IMG/VR virus record: IMGVR_UViG_3300009181_007169
Direction: 5' to 3' (one strand)
Source: an uncultured virus (IMG/VR IMGVR_UViG_3300009181_007169)
Lineage: Duplodnaviria; Heunggongvirae; Uroviricota; Caudoviricetes
Length of the DNA: 22,976 nucleotides
Shown here: positions 7,071 to 15,638 of the stretch, piece after piece
Layout of the letters: every line of letters begins with the position of its first letter
Numbering within the stretch: position 1 is the first letter of the stretch
Position numbers and translations under genes: made by a program
Notes under the pieces: model-generated
What the model was told of the DNA's origin: nothing
The model's database searches: none
Seen by the model: only the letters and a program-made list of their open reading frames with translations

Positions 7071-7403
7071 TTATCTTCTTTTTATAACGCTTAGAATTTT
7101 TGACACTTGTTCATCTGTAAGCCTTGGGTCACGGTAACCAGAGAATGAGGAATAAATCAGAGCACCTGAAAGACTAGCTTTAACCTCTCTATCATATTCA
7201 GTTAAAAATACTTGTATATCTTCATCTCTAATTCTTTCAGTGATTGCAGGATTTTCGAGCCAATTTTGGGCATCCTCAAACTTAATGATGTCTGAATATA
7301 ACTTTCTACCAGTGTAGATGTGGCGACGAAAGTGCCCATTATCTAAAATAAACCCATAAAAATGCATTCGTTTCATTAAATCTTCTCTATCTTTAACTCT
7401 CAT
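7071..7403 (-). CDS. hypothetical protein
   Basis: Exactly fills the space between repeats 7401 and 7006. Confidence 0.85.
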   Translation of the reverse strand: MRVKDREDLMKRMHFYGFILDNGHFRRHIYTGRKLYSDIIKFEDAQNWLENPAITERIRDEDIQVFLTEYDREVKASLSGALIYSSFSGYRDPRLTDEQVSKILSVIKRR

Positions 7404-7494
7404 ATCTATTATAATCTGGATTTGTTATAAATGGAAAAAACGGGCTGACATCCCCTTGGAGGGGATTGGGCGAATTTCGCCCGAATGATTTCAT

Positions 7495-7800
7495 TTACCA
7501 GAAACACCATTCAACAAGATATGAAGAACCATAGTCACAGGTTTCGCACCCATCGCTGCTATATCGGTGACATTCGTCGCCATTCTCACAGCCTAAAATC
7601 TTAGCAATCTCAAGCAAGCCACTAAGCATTGTGTATGGTTCATTGAATTCAATATATCTGTACATTTGCTCTACTTCGATGAAATATTTGCCATCATTAA
7701 AACTGAACTTGAAGCTAGGTGGTTCAATTTCGCATTGATAAAATAATTTTTTGATTTGCTCTTGTTGAGTTTCTGTCATTGGTAAAAGATTCTTGCTCAT
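7495..7800 (-). CDS. hypothetical phage protein
   Basis: Preceded only by TATAAT-AGAT-ATG; C-terminal GCETCDYGS motif. Confidence 0.85.
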   Translation of the reverse strand: MSKNLLPMTETQQEQIKKLFYQCEIEPPSFKFSFNDGKYFIEVEQMYRYIEFNEPYTMLSGLLEIAKILGCENGDECHRYSSDGCETCDYGSSYLVEWCFW

Positions 7801-7805
7801 ATCTA

Positions 7806-8009
7806 TTATACTCCAGCCCCTCTTGCTTCATCCCAATCATCAAAAATGTCATCTTCAATCAAAGAAACAAAGTCCATAATTTCCTTTAATGTACGGATAA
7901 AATCTTTTTCATCAAATACTCCATTGCTGTCTGACATTAAAACAATTTTAGAAGAAATGTATGATTTCAAAACATCAATATTTTTGATTTGCTTAAGTGG
8001 TCCTACCAT
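7806..8009 (-). CDS. hypothetical protein
   Basis: ATG from repeat 8007. Confidence 0.8.
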   Translation of the reverse strand: MVGPLKQIKNIDVLKSYISSKIVLMSDSNGVFDEKDFIRTLKEIMDFVSLIEDDIFDDWDEARGAGV

Positions 8010-8078
8010 ATCTATTATAATCAGATTGTGTTATAACTGGAAAAACGGGCTGGCATCCCCTTGGAGGGGGATTGTTCT

Positions 8079-8597
8079 TTACTCAATAATGAGCGAATCT
8101 TCTGTGAACCAGTAAGTTCCCGATGGAGTACAAATACCTATTTCGCCCCACTTTACAGCATCAAATTTCATTTCTAACCAATAATTCAGCTCTCGTTCTA
8201 AACTAAGCTTGAAAGCATTAACAATTTCATTTTCATCTTCTTGAAAATTTTCAAAATTAATTTTATGCTCAAGGTTAAATGGCACAACTACTTCGATTGC
8301 ATTATTGGGTTTTACAAAGGACGGTAAAATTATATCATTATCAAAAAAGCGAACAATCTCGCCATTATCATAGCGATAACAAAAATTTCCCACAGGGAGT
8401 ATGTACTCTCCACTATGAAAAAAATCAAAAAATTCTTCGACAATTTTTTCAGATTCATCAACAAAAAAACCCTGAAGATTTTCATAAAAATCTTTCAACT
8501 GATTCTCAGATAATCCTGCTTTGTCAATATGTTCCTGCACGTTTTCAAGGCTAACAAATGAATTGATTTCAAATTTTTTTTCGCTTTGTTCTGTCAT
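8079..8597 (-). CDS. acidic two-domain protein, paralogous to 13807-14079 and 16375-16638
   Basis: ATG from repeat 8595; shares MTEQS...EI.S.V....I...GLSE...GE..L....Y...G.I pattern. Confidence 0.85.
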   Translation of the reverse strand: MTEQSEKKFEINSFVSLENVQEHIDKAGLSENQLKDFYENLQGFFVDESEKIVEEFFDFFHSGEYILPVGNFCYRYDNGEIVRFFDNDIILPSFVKPNNAIEVVVPFNLEHKINFENFQEDENEIVNAFKLSLERELNYWLEMKFDAVKWGEIGICTPSGTYWFTEDSLIIE

Positions 8598-8659
8598 ATC
8601 TATTATAATTAGAATTTGTTATAACTGGAAAAAATGGGCTGGCATCCCCTTGGAGGGGC

Positions 8660-8884
8660 TTAAGTTTTGATTTTCTTAAGTGTGTATGTTGCATCTACTT
8701 TAAGAATATCCCTTAATTTTTCGCACATCATTTTCCAATGCTTGGCGTCTTCCTTGGATTCAAAAAAATAGCTTTTGCTTTGTCCTTGTTTATTGCTTAC
8801 TACTTTGTACTGTGATAATTTGCTAATTTTGCCAACTCTCCTTGCAAGTATTGTACCCTTCATTGTATACTCTTCTTTGCTCAT
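8660..8884 (-). CDS. basic hypothetical protein (start uncertain)
   Basis: Stop abuts repeat 8595; 5' part overlaps the upstream gene. Confidence 0.55.
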   Translation of the reverse strand: MSKEEYTMKGTILARRVGKISKLSQYKVVSNKQGQSKSYFFESKEDAKHWKMMCEKLRDILKVDATYTLKKIKT

Positions 8885-9014
8885 CTGTCCATCTTGGGTC
8901 TAGTTGTCTGCTCCAACCATAGGAAGCATGAGATTCGCCAAAATATCGGCAAACTTCAAGGGGTGTGTTTGATTGGTCTCCGTTGTAAAATCTTACTTCA
9001 AATGGGTTACTCAT
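8823..9014 (-). CDS. hypothetical protein, paralogue of the partial gene at the window end
   Basis: ATG from repeat 9012; GWSRQLDPRWTDEQRRVYNEGYN. Confidence 0.85.
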   Translation of the reverse strand: MSNPFEVRFYNGDQSNTPLEVCRYFGESHASYGWSRQLDPRWTDEQRRVYNEGYNTCKESWQN

Positions 9015-9084
9015 ATCTATTATAATCTGGATTTGTTATAAATGGAAAAAACGGGCTCGCTCCCCCTTGGAGGGGGAAGTGAAT

Positions 9085-9318
9085 CTAATCTATTGGACTA
9101 ACTTGATAAGCCCAACCCCAATGACCATTGTCAAGGTCAAAAATAAAACTATGACCATCTTCAAGTTTAGAAAAATTCATTTCTTCAACAGAAGTGCCAT
9201 TGTGTTTATTACCTTGAGAAACACCTGCAACAATACCAGTAACTTTAGCCACTACTGGAGCATTTTGACCCCAGCCTCCTTTGTAAATTACTTTGTCTCC
9301 TACTTTAATTGTTTTCAT
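9085..9318 (-). CDS. small SH3/KOW-like protein
   Basis: ATG from repeat 9316; MKTIKVGDKVIY...DLDNGHW. Confidence 0.85.
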   Translation of the reverse strand: MKTIKVGDKVIYKGGWGQNAPVVAKVTGIVAGVSQGNKHNGTSVEEMNFSKLEDGHSFIFDLDNGHWGWAYQVSPID

Positions 9319-9380
9319 ATCTATTATAATCAGATTGTGTTATAACTGGAAAAAACGGGCTGGCATCCCCCTAGAGGGGG

Positions 9381-9623
9381 TTATCCTTCATCCTCATTAT
9401 TTTCATCATCCTCCAAAACAATAGCCCAGAGTACCATATCTGCACCTTCATCGTCAATAGGTGGCATTGCATTAAATGAAGCCCAATCCATGTCTAAGAA
9501 TTTCCAATCATTTTTACTGTATGGTAAATCGGTTTCAGGGTTGATGTCTACATCTTCTTTGACAAAAATATATTTTGGAAGTTTTGAGTAAAATTCATTG
9601 TGCTTGATTGTTCTTAGTTTCAT
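9381..9623 (-). CDS. acidic hypothetical protein
   Basis: Exactly fills the space between repeats 9621 and 9316. Confidence 0.85.
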   Translation of the reverse strand: MKLRTIKHNEFYSKLPKYIFVKEDVDINPETDLPYSKNDWKFLDMDWASFNAMPPIDDEGADMVLWAIVLEDDENNEDEG

Positions 9624-9718
9624 ATTTATTATAATCAGATTGTGTTATAACTGGAAAAAACGGGCTGACATCCCCTTGGAGGGGGATTGGAGCTGGAAAC
9701 AGGACTCGAACCCGCGAC

Positions 9719-10120
9719 CTAGTTTCTCTGCGACCTTCCCTTCCCACGGTTTGAATTCTTATATGTTGGTGTCAAAGAATCACAACATCCACATAATAAT
9801 CTTAAATTTGATTCTGTATTGTTTTTCCAATCACCATCAATATGGTCAGCAACTAATGGAACCTTTCCAGTATATATATTGAGTTTAGACCAACCACATT
9901 GAATACACTTGTTGTCAAACTTTTCGCGTAAATAACGCTTTACATGTGAATTCACATTACCTAATGCGTTCAATCCATCAACATCGCCACATTTCCACTG
10001 TCTGATATAATCGGCATACTGCCAATCTAATTGACATTGTTGACAACAGTATTTATTAGGTTTTCGTGGCACAGGCTTACCACAATGCAGGCAAGGTTTT
10101 TGTTCTACTCTTCGACTCAT
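9719..10120 (-). CDS. HNH endonuclease (putative free-standing homing endonuclease)
   Basis: CIQCGW...VPLVADHIDGDWKNNTESNLRLLCGCCDSLTPTY plus N-terminal CLHC...YCCQQC; inserted inside a tRNA gene. Confidence 0.9.
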   Translation of the reverse strand: MSRRVEQKPCLHCGKPVPRKPNKYCCQQCQLDWQYADYIRQWKCGDVDGLNALGNVNSHVKRYLREKFDNKCIQCGWSKLNIYTGKVPLVADHIDGDWKNNTESNLRLLCGCCDSLTPTYKNSNRGKGRSQRN

Positions 10121-10173
10121 AATAGAGTCTTATGTAGTAGACCATCTTTCACCTGCATTATGGTCTACAAATC

Positions 10174-10255
10174 TGGAGCCGAGTAGGAGAATCGAACTCC
10201 TTCTGATTTCTCGGTAGTTTACAAAACTACTGCTATCCCAATTAGCGAACTCGGC
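10174..10255 (-). tRNA. tRNA-Thr(UGU) with extended variable region
   Basis: GCCGAGT/ACTCGGC acceptor, GTAGT-TTTGTAA-ACTAC, 12-nt variable region, AGGAG-TTCGATT-CTCCT, T-CCA. Confidence 0.85.
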
Positions 10256-10288
10256 TTACTTGCTCTATCGCTGAGCTAATCCAGCTTA

Positions 10289-10363
10289 TGGCTGACACCA
10301 TAGGATTCGAACCTATAACCCCTTCGTTAACAGCGAAAAGCTCTACCGTTGAGCTAGGTGTCA
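10289..10363 (-). tRNA. tRNA-Asn(GUU)
   Basis: TGACACC/GGTGTCA acceptor, TTTCG-CTGTTAA-CGAAG, ATAGG-TTCGAAT-CCTAT, G-CCA. Confidence 0.95.
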
Positions 10364-10369
10364 GTATGT

Positions 10370-10445
10370 TGGCGACCCATGAGGGGATTGAACCCTCCGT
10401 CTCCGCCGTGACAGGGCGGCAACTCCACCAGTTGTCCTATGAGCC
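10370..10445 (-). tRNA. tRNA-Asp(GUC)
   Basis: GGCTCAT/ATGGGTC acceptor, CCGCC-CTGTCAC-GGCGG, T-loop TTCAATC, G-CCA. Confidence 0.95.
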
Positions 10446-10454
10446 ATAACACTA

Positions 10455-10712
10455 TTATACATCAAAAATTACACCTTTACCTTCAGCAAGTTCTTTGCCA
10501 GTTTGCAAGCGATTGCCATTAGGAGTTAAGTTCTCTTGCTCTGGATAAGTAGCATGCTCGATAACTTTGACAAACTTGTAGTAAGTGCCATTTGGCTTGC
10601 ATGCACCTTCTACTAGAGGAGCTACTGCTTCAAAAAACGCTTTTAGCTCTTCAGGAGTAAAAATTACTTCTGTATTTGCAAGTTTGATTTTGATGTACTT
10701 GATAGTTTCCAT
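10455..10712 (-). CDS. hypothetical protein
   Basis: ATG from repeat 10710. Confidence 0.8.
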   Translation of the reverse strand: METIKYIKIKLANTEVIFTPEELKAFFEAVAPLVEGACKPNGTYYKFVKVIEHATYPEQENLTPNGNRLQTGKELAEGKGVIFDV

Positions 10713-10774
10713 ATCTGTTATAATCTGGATTTGTTATAACTGGAAAAAACGGGCTGGCATCCCCCTGGAGGGGA

Positions 10775-10978
10775 TTACACAATCTGATGGTTTTTAAGAT
10801 ATTTTTTCACATATTCATCAACTTCTTCACTTGTGGGCTTTTCATAGAATGGCTCACCTAAACTTATACAATCATTATCGAGGTACAATTCATAATAGCA
10901 AGTATCATCTTCTTCAATGAAGTCTATTTCAATGATATACCCTACAACATTTTGTATTCCTACAGAAGTTTGTCTCAA
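10775..10978 (-). CDS. acidic hypothetical protein
   Basis: TTG start 1 nt after the upstream stop, with GGAG before it; stop abuts repeat 10710. Confidence 0.7.
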   Translation of the reverse strand: MRQTSVGIQNVVGYIIEIDFIEEDDTCYYELYLDNDCISLGEPFYEKPTSEEVDEYVKKYLKNHQIV

Positions 10979-10979
10979 G

Positions 10980-11228
10980 TTACTCTCCTTGACCTACGCT
11001 CATGATGTCGTTAATCAAAGAAGGTTGTACTTTCTCATCATTGCTGGAAATTATTTCCGAAAAATCAATCATTGATAAAACTGATGAACAATCAGCAATT
11101 TGTTTCGCCGCCGCACTTCGAGCAGAGTCTGTTTTCAGATACGGAAAAACATTGATAAGCACATTGACAAGTGTTTGGTTCAATACTTTTGCGTCTTCAA
11201 TTAAAAGTTTGTCTGTGTTTTCGTTCAT
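10980..11228 (-). CDS. hypothetical protein
   Basis: ATG from repeat 11226. Confidence 0.8.
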   Translation of the reverse strand: MNENTDKLLIEDAKVLNQTLVNVLINVFPYLKTDSARSAAAKQIADCSSVLSMIDFSEIISSNDEKVQPSLINDIMSVGQGE

Positions 11229-11299
11229 ATTTATTATAATCAGTTTGTGTTATAACTGGAAAAAACGGGCTCTCATCCCCTTGGAGGGGATTTGGTGAC

Positions 11300-11650
11300 T
11301 TACGTCACCACCATTTCACACACTACAGAAGTGGAACAGATTCCTCTTTGAATTTGGGTGCCTGAGTTAACAAATGGGCTTTTAACCTTTACCTTTGCAG
11401 TACCTTCAGGTAGCAAATAAGTATTTGCTGAAACAAAATCTTTATGTGAAGTTTCAACTCGGCTCTTCCCAATGCTGGTGTTCCATTGAGAATTTTTCTG
11501 GCGAGACGAGATTAGCTTGTTTCTCTTATCATAGTAGAACACTTCGCTTTTAGCTTCACCAGTGGTGAGATAATTTTCGATTTCGTTAATTTGTTCTTTA
11601 AGGAACAGATGAGTTGTGATTGCTTTTTGATATAGTTTTGATGTTGGCAT
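11300..11650 (-). CDS. basic hypothetical protein (leadered)
   Basis: Repeat 11707 lacks an ATG at the usual position; AAGGA-AAAAACT-ATG at 11650 gives MPTSKLYQ... Confidence 0.7.
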   Translation of the reverse strand: MPTSKLYQKAITTHLFLKEQINEIENYLTTGEAKSEVFYYDKRNKLISSRQKNSQWNTSIGKSRVETSHKDFVSANTYLLPEGTAKVKVKSPFVNSGTQIQRGICSTSVVCEMVVT

Positions 11651-11786
11651 AGTTTTTTCCTTGTACCAATCTTTACCAGAATCTTTTGGCTGTCTGAAAG
11701 CGGGTACATTTATTATAATCTGCATTTGTTATAACTGGAAAAAATCTGCTGCCGCCCCCTTGGAGGGGGTATGATACACTAAAATT

Positions 11787-12503
11787 TTAGTGTATCATAA
11801 TTGTTACGTTAGAGTGTAAGTTAGACCGTGTACCTGAGCAAGCCATACACTTAAAGCAAGTAGTTACTTTACCCTTTTCTTTACTAGCGGGACACCAAGC
11901 TAATTTAATACCTTCAACCGAATTATCAGCTAATTCAAAGCTATCAATATTCTGTACATAGAACGTGCGGTAACCTTTAGCGGTAGACTGAATAACATCA
12001 ATAGGCGTATCGCAGGAAGCCATACAATATTCAGCGTATCTTTCGCTACAGTCTCGCCATTGGTGAGTATAGCCAGTAGACTTACAATACTTACATAATT
12101 CATCCCAAACCTCAATAGGAACTGAAGCTGGGTCACCGTAAGCACCTAAACGAATACGGGTTCCGTCTAATAGTTTAGCTAAATCAGATAGGTTGGGTTT
12201 TTCATAACCGTTATTGATAAACTTTTGCCATATTGCATTAAATGACATAACGTTTACATAGCAAGTTCTAGACCACTTTCTTAAAGCATCGACACCTAAA
12301 ACTTTAGGGCGGTGAATACAACCACCACAGATAGAAAAGTCAGCACCAGTACGCAAAGCGTCTTGTGGGTGCATATCAGACCTAAATATCCAAACTTGTG
12401 GCATCTCTCCAGTCTTGCTATTCTTGGACTTGGCATCAAGCCCAGTTAAAATTGCCACAATCGGCTGTCCATCTATTAAACTTTCTCCTTGGTAGATAAT
12501 CAT
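11787..12503 (-). CDS. conserved Cys-rich phage protein (gp88-like, putative Fe-S/radical-SAM-related)
   Basis: SKNSKTG...SICGGCIHR...TCYV, RLGAYGDP, GYTHQWR, CPAS...CFKCMAC; family assignment from memory. Confidence 0.7.
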   Translation of the reverse strand: MIIYQGESLIDGQPIVAILTGLDAKSKNSKTGEMPQVWIFRSDMHPQDALRTGADFSICGGCIHRPKVLGVDALRKWSRTCYVNVMSFNAIWQKFINNGYEKPNLSDLAKLLDGTRIRLGAYGDPASVPIEVWDELCKYCKSTGYTHQWRDCSERYAEYCMASCDTPIDVIQSTAKGYRTFYVQNIDSFELADNSVEGIKLAWCPASKEKGKVTTCFKCMACSGTRSNLHSNVTIMIH

Positions 12504-12564
12504 ATCTATTATAATCTGTATTTGTTATAAGTGGAAAAAATCGGCTGACATCCCCCTGGAGGGG

Positions 12565-12870
12565 TTATTTAGACCAAGCATTCCCACCTTTACGCCAGTC
12601 AAAAGTTTTACACATTAAACGTGATACTTCTGACTGATTTACATTAAAATGTTCACATAATCCATATAAGTTATCTTCAAGCTCATCAGCAGAGCCTAAA
12701 AAATTCCCATCAGCAATTAAATAGCCGTCAGAAGTAATACTTATACCGCCTATTGCTGGTTGTATTTTTCTATCCTTGTAAGGAATGTTTTCAAGACATT
12801 CATAAAAAGCTACCATTTTAGGTGATCCAAGAAGTGAAAAGTCATGATTGTATATATCTAACAGTGTCAT
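12565..12870 (-). CDS. hypothetical protein
   Basis: Exactly fills the space between repeats 12868 and 12501. Confidence 0.85.
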   Translation of the reverse strand: MTLLDIYNHDFSLLGSPKMVAFYECLENIPYKDRKIQPAIGGISITSDGYLIADGNFLGSADELEDNLYGLCEHFNVNQSEVSRLMCKTFDWRKGGNAWSK

Positions 12871-12933
12871 ATCTATTATAATCAGATTGTGTTATAAATG
12901 GAAAAAACGGGCTGACATCCCCTTGGAGGGGGT

Positions 12934-13107
12934 TTAGAAAAATACTAAATCTTTTCTCATAATATTTTCAAAATGTTTTTCGATTTTACAAACATAAATT
13001 TCGTATTTTCCAGACCACATATCTACTACAACCAGTTCTTTACCATGTAAATTTTTTCTAACAGAACCAATATACTTTACTTTATCTCCACGCTTAAATG
13101 TTTTCAT
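12934..13107 (-). CDS. small SH3/KOW-like protein (57 aa, not in ORF track)
   Basis: SD AAGGAG then MKTFKRGDKVKYIG...RKDLVFF; stop abuts repeat 12868. Confidence 0.75.
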   Translation of the reverse strand: MKTFKRGDKVKYIGSVRKNLHGKELVVVDMWSGKYEIYVCKIEKHFENIMRKDLVFF

Positions 13108-13687
13108 TTTTTTCTCCTTGAATTAGTGAATTATAACCCTTTAACACTTGAGTGCCTAGCCATACATCATAAGAAGCTGTATGAGCCAAATCATCATTCA
13201 CTTCTACGCCAAAATACTTTGCCATGTTACTAAGTGATAAAGATTGTTCTATTGGAATAATCCCAAGCATCTTAAAGTTATTGCCTAAAGTAGTAAGTTC
13301 AATTGGATTGCGTACAGTATTCATATCCCATGCTTTTTGTGAGATTGTGTATTTTGTAATCAATTCAATATCTCTTTTTATGCCGTTGCCAAATGGCAGA
13401 AGTTTACCATACTTTTCTTTTGATTCTGAGAGCCAATTAAAAATAATTCTTTTTGAATCCCTGTAAGGTATTGCTTCTAAATCATGCTTACCTAAATCAA
13501 TACCATTAACACGTAATGCTTCACCTTGAACAAAAAATTCTGTGCGAGAATCAACTGGGTCTGGTTTTACCTTCAAATCTAAAGTGCTAACGATTTCATA
13601 ATTCTCAACAATACTCAATGTTAGCGTGAGTAGGTCGTAATCTGTGGTAATCCCACCTGATTCTGTATCAATTCCTAAAAGTGTCAT
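13094..13687 (-). CDS. DEDDh (DnaQ-like) 3'-5' exonuclease
   Basis: Start corrected to ATG 13687; ExoI GIDTESGG, ExoII GNGIKRD, ExoIII AHTASYDV. Confidence 0.85.
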   Translation of the reverse strand: MTLLGIDTESGGITTDYDLLTLTLSIVENYEIVSTLDLKVKPDPVDSRTEFFVQGEALRVNGIDLGKHDLEAIPYRDSKRIIFNWLSESKEKYGKLLPFGNGIKRDIELITKYTISQKAWDMNTVRNPIELTTLGNNFKMLGIIPIEQSLSLSNMAKYFGVEVNDDLAHTASYDVWLGTQVLKGYNSLIQGEKNENI

Positions 13688-13806
13688 ATATATTATACGC
13701 TCAGATTGTGAAACCTGGAAAAACAATCTGAAGTTTGTGTAAGGGGTTTGTCAACCCCCTACACAAAATTTTTTGAAATATTTGGTTAGATTATAGCGTT
13801 GCCAAC

Positions 13807-14079
13807 CTAACACTCATATTTGTTGGCTACGATTCTCCCCTCGCTCATTAGGTAGCTACCCAATTCCCCGAAAAGTTCCTCTTCACCGTTCTTTATATTT
13901 TGCAATAATAGGTTGGTAGACTTATGAAGTTCCTCTTCAAGATAACCTCTCAAAGTATTCAAAATGTCTAAACTTTGTGGCTGGTTCAACCCCGTAAAAT
14001 TGATAGCTTGATTGATGTCATCGTAGCTAAGGTGGATAGTGACGGTTAAGAGTGTGTTGAAGTTAGTTGTTTGTTCCAT
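13807..14079 (-). CDS. hypothetical protein, paralogue of 16375-16638
   Basis: ATG from repeat 14077; YDDINQAINFTGL...SYLMSEGRIVANK. Confidence 0.85.
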   Translation of the reverse strand: MEQTTNFNTLLTVTIHLSYDDINQAINFTGLNQPQSLDILNTLRGYLEEELHKSTNLLLQNIKNGEEELFGELGSYLMSEGRIVANKYEC

Positions 14080-14146
14080 GTTTATTATAATTAGATTGTG
14101 TTATAAGTGGAAAAACAATCTGAAGACCCTGTGAGGGGTTTTTACA

Positions 14147-14332
14147 CTATTTTTGAACTTCTTGTTCAAGAATGTATAATTCATATTCATCGTAAAATTG
14201 TATATAATAGCCATTTCTCTCGTATTCGTTTTGAGCGTTAATCGCAGCCTCTTTTGTTGCGTAAACTCCAAGTAATATTTCTTTCTCTCCGTAAAGGCAA
14301 ATTATCAAAATGTAAACGTTGTTTTGTTCCAT
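14147..14332 (-). CDS. small phage protein
   Basis: ATG from repeat 14330; VYIL...LLGVYATKEAA motif. Confidence 0.8.
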   Translation of the reverse strand: MEQNNVYILIICLYGEKEILLGVYATKEAAINAQNEYERNGYYIQFYDEYELYILEQEVQK

Positions 14333-14416
14333 GTTTATTATAATCTGGATTTGTTATAACTGGAAAAAACGGGCTGACACCCCCCTGGAGGGGATTTGGG
14401 CAAAATTGCCCGAATC

Positions 14417-14815
14417 TTACCACCAACTTGAGTAGAGAACATCGTAGCCTTCTTTTATGGCTTTGCGTGATGCTTGTATGAAGTCTAGGTCATCTTTGAG
14501 ATAACCTTCTGTATTCCCTGAACCAAAGAAAAACCCTACTGTCTCAGGCAGTTTCTTATTTATCACTGCTTGTTCAAGGTTGTCCAAGTCCTTTTCATCA
14601 AGTTTGATGCAAACGCAGTTGAACTCTTCTTCTCCACCTCTTTCGTAATAAAGATTTTCCATGAAACCTTGGAGGTCGTGATGCTTTCTCCAGTAGAAAA
14701 AGTGTCTGTCGTATTCGTGCAAAGGTTCCCCTTTCTCTTCATTCCAGAGTTTAATGTCGATTGTGTCTTCAACAAGACCCTTTTTAATTTTGTAAGCGTA
14801 TTGGTCTAATCCCAT
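14417..14815 (-). CDS. conserved phage protein of unknown function
   Basis: ATG from repeat 14813; MGLDQY...YWRKH..LQGFM...FNC...GFFFG...YSSWW. Confidence 0.85.
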   Translation of the reverse strand: MGLDQYAYKIKKGLVEDTIDIKLWNEEKGEPLHEYDRHFFYWRKHHDLQGFMENLYYERGGEEEFNCVCIKLDEKDLDNLEQAVINKKLPETVGFFFGSGNTEGYLKDDLDFIQASRKAIKEGYDVLYSSWW

Positions 14816-14929
14816 ATCTATTATAATCAGATTGTGTTATAACTGGAAAAACGGGCTGGCATCCCCTTGGAGGGGATTAAAATTTATCCTTGAATTCGTT
14901 GATGAAATCTTCAGATTCTATTTTATTTC

Positions 14930-15418
14930 TCAAAATAGCCCCCCAATCCACGTTCCCTTATAATCTGCAAATTCTTTGTTGAACTCTTCAGAAAGTGTTT
15001 GTTTAGCTGAAATCTCATCCCAATCCACACGATTTTCAAATTCGCGAATGAACTCTTCAGACAGTTTTTGATATCCTGAAATTTTCTCCCAATTCACAAG
15101 GTCTTCGAACTCACGAATGAACTCTTCAGACAATGTTTGGTATTCTGAAATAAAATACCAATTCACACGACCTTTGAACTCACGAATAAAATCCTCAGAC
15201 AGTGTTTGGCAAGATGAAATCCAACGCCAATTTAACCTATCTTTGAATTCACGAATGAACTCTTCAGACAATGTTTGGTAGTATGAAATCTCATTCCAGT
15301 CCACACTGTCTGCATATTTACGAATGAAATCCTCAGACAGTTTTGGATGTTGTGAAATTTGTTTCCAGCCCACACGGGGTGTCACAGTATATTTATCGAT
15401 TAACTCTTGATCGGTCAT
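14930..15418 (-). CDS. tryptophan-repeat protein, last repeat frameshifted
   Basis: Six 22-aa (66-nt) units W..IS.YQ(T/K)LSEEFIREF...V(N/D); a further unit continues in another frame to TAA 14877-14879. Confidence 0.9.
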   Translation of the reverse strand: MTDQELIDKYTVTPRVGWKQISQHPKLSEDFIRKYADSVDWNEISYYQTLSEEFIREFKDRLNWRWISSCQTLSEDFIREFKGRVNWYFISEYQTLSEEFIREFEDLVNWEKISGYQKLSEEFIREFENRVDWDEISAKQTLSEEFNKEFADYKGTWIGGLF

Positions 15419-15479
15419 GTTTATTATAATCAGATTGTGTTATAAGTGGAAAAACGGGCTGACATCCCCTTGGAGGGGG

Positions 15480-15638
15480 TTATCTGGTGATAACAATTTT
15501 GGCATCTTCAATCTTGCTTTTTTTAATCCAAGATTTTAGAGCTTTTTCAGCTTGTTGAATACTAGGATATTCTAGTTTATAGTCATGCCCATTGCAAGTA
15601 AATCTTAACAAACAAGGTCTAGCATTAGGATGTGGCAT
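15480..15638 (-). CDS. small hypothetical protein (52 aa, not in ORF track)
   Basis: GAGGTGG-AAA-ATG; MPHPNARPCLLRFTCNG...KIVITR; stop abuts repeat 15416. Confidence 0.65.
   Translation of the reverse strand: MPHPNARPCLLRFTCNGHDYKLEYPSIQQAEKALKSWIKKSKIEDAKIVITR

Larger units (their letters stand above)
9688..10285 (-). pseudogene. tRNA gene (Thr-like acceptor) split at the anticodon arm
   Basis: 5' half GCTGGAT-TA-GCTC-AGCGATA-GAGC-A-AGT (10258-10285) and 3' half ACT-AGGTC-GCGGG-TTCGAGT-CCTGT-TTCCAGC-T-CCA (9688-9723). The acceptor strands are complementary; the anticodon loop is missing. Confidence 0.8.

Noticed and set aside
9724..10257. Group I intron in the split tRNA
   Set aside because: The insert is fully accounted for by a tRNA, a hairpin and the HNH ORF; there is no room for a catalytic core, and the anticodon loop of the outer tRNA is missing.
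11512..11709. 65-aa ORF starting 2 nt after TATAAT
   Set aside because: The spacing is atypical and it overlaps a longer SD-led ORF that ends near the next repeat; possible but unsupported.
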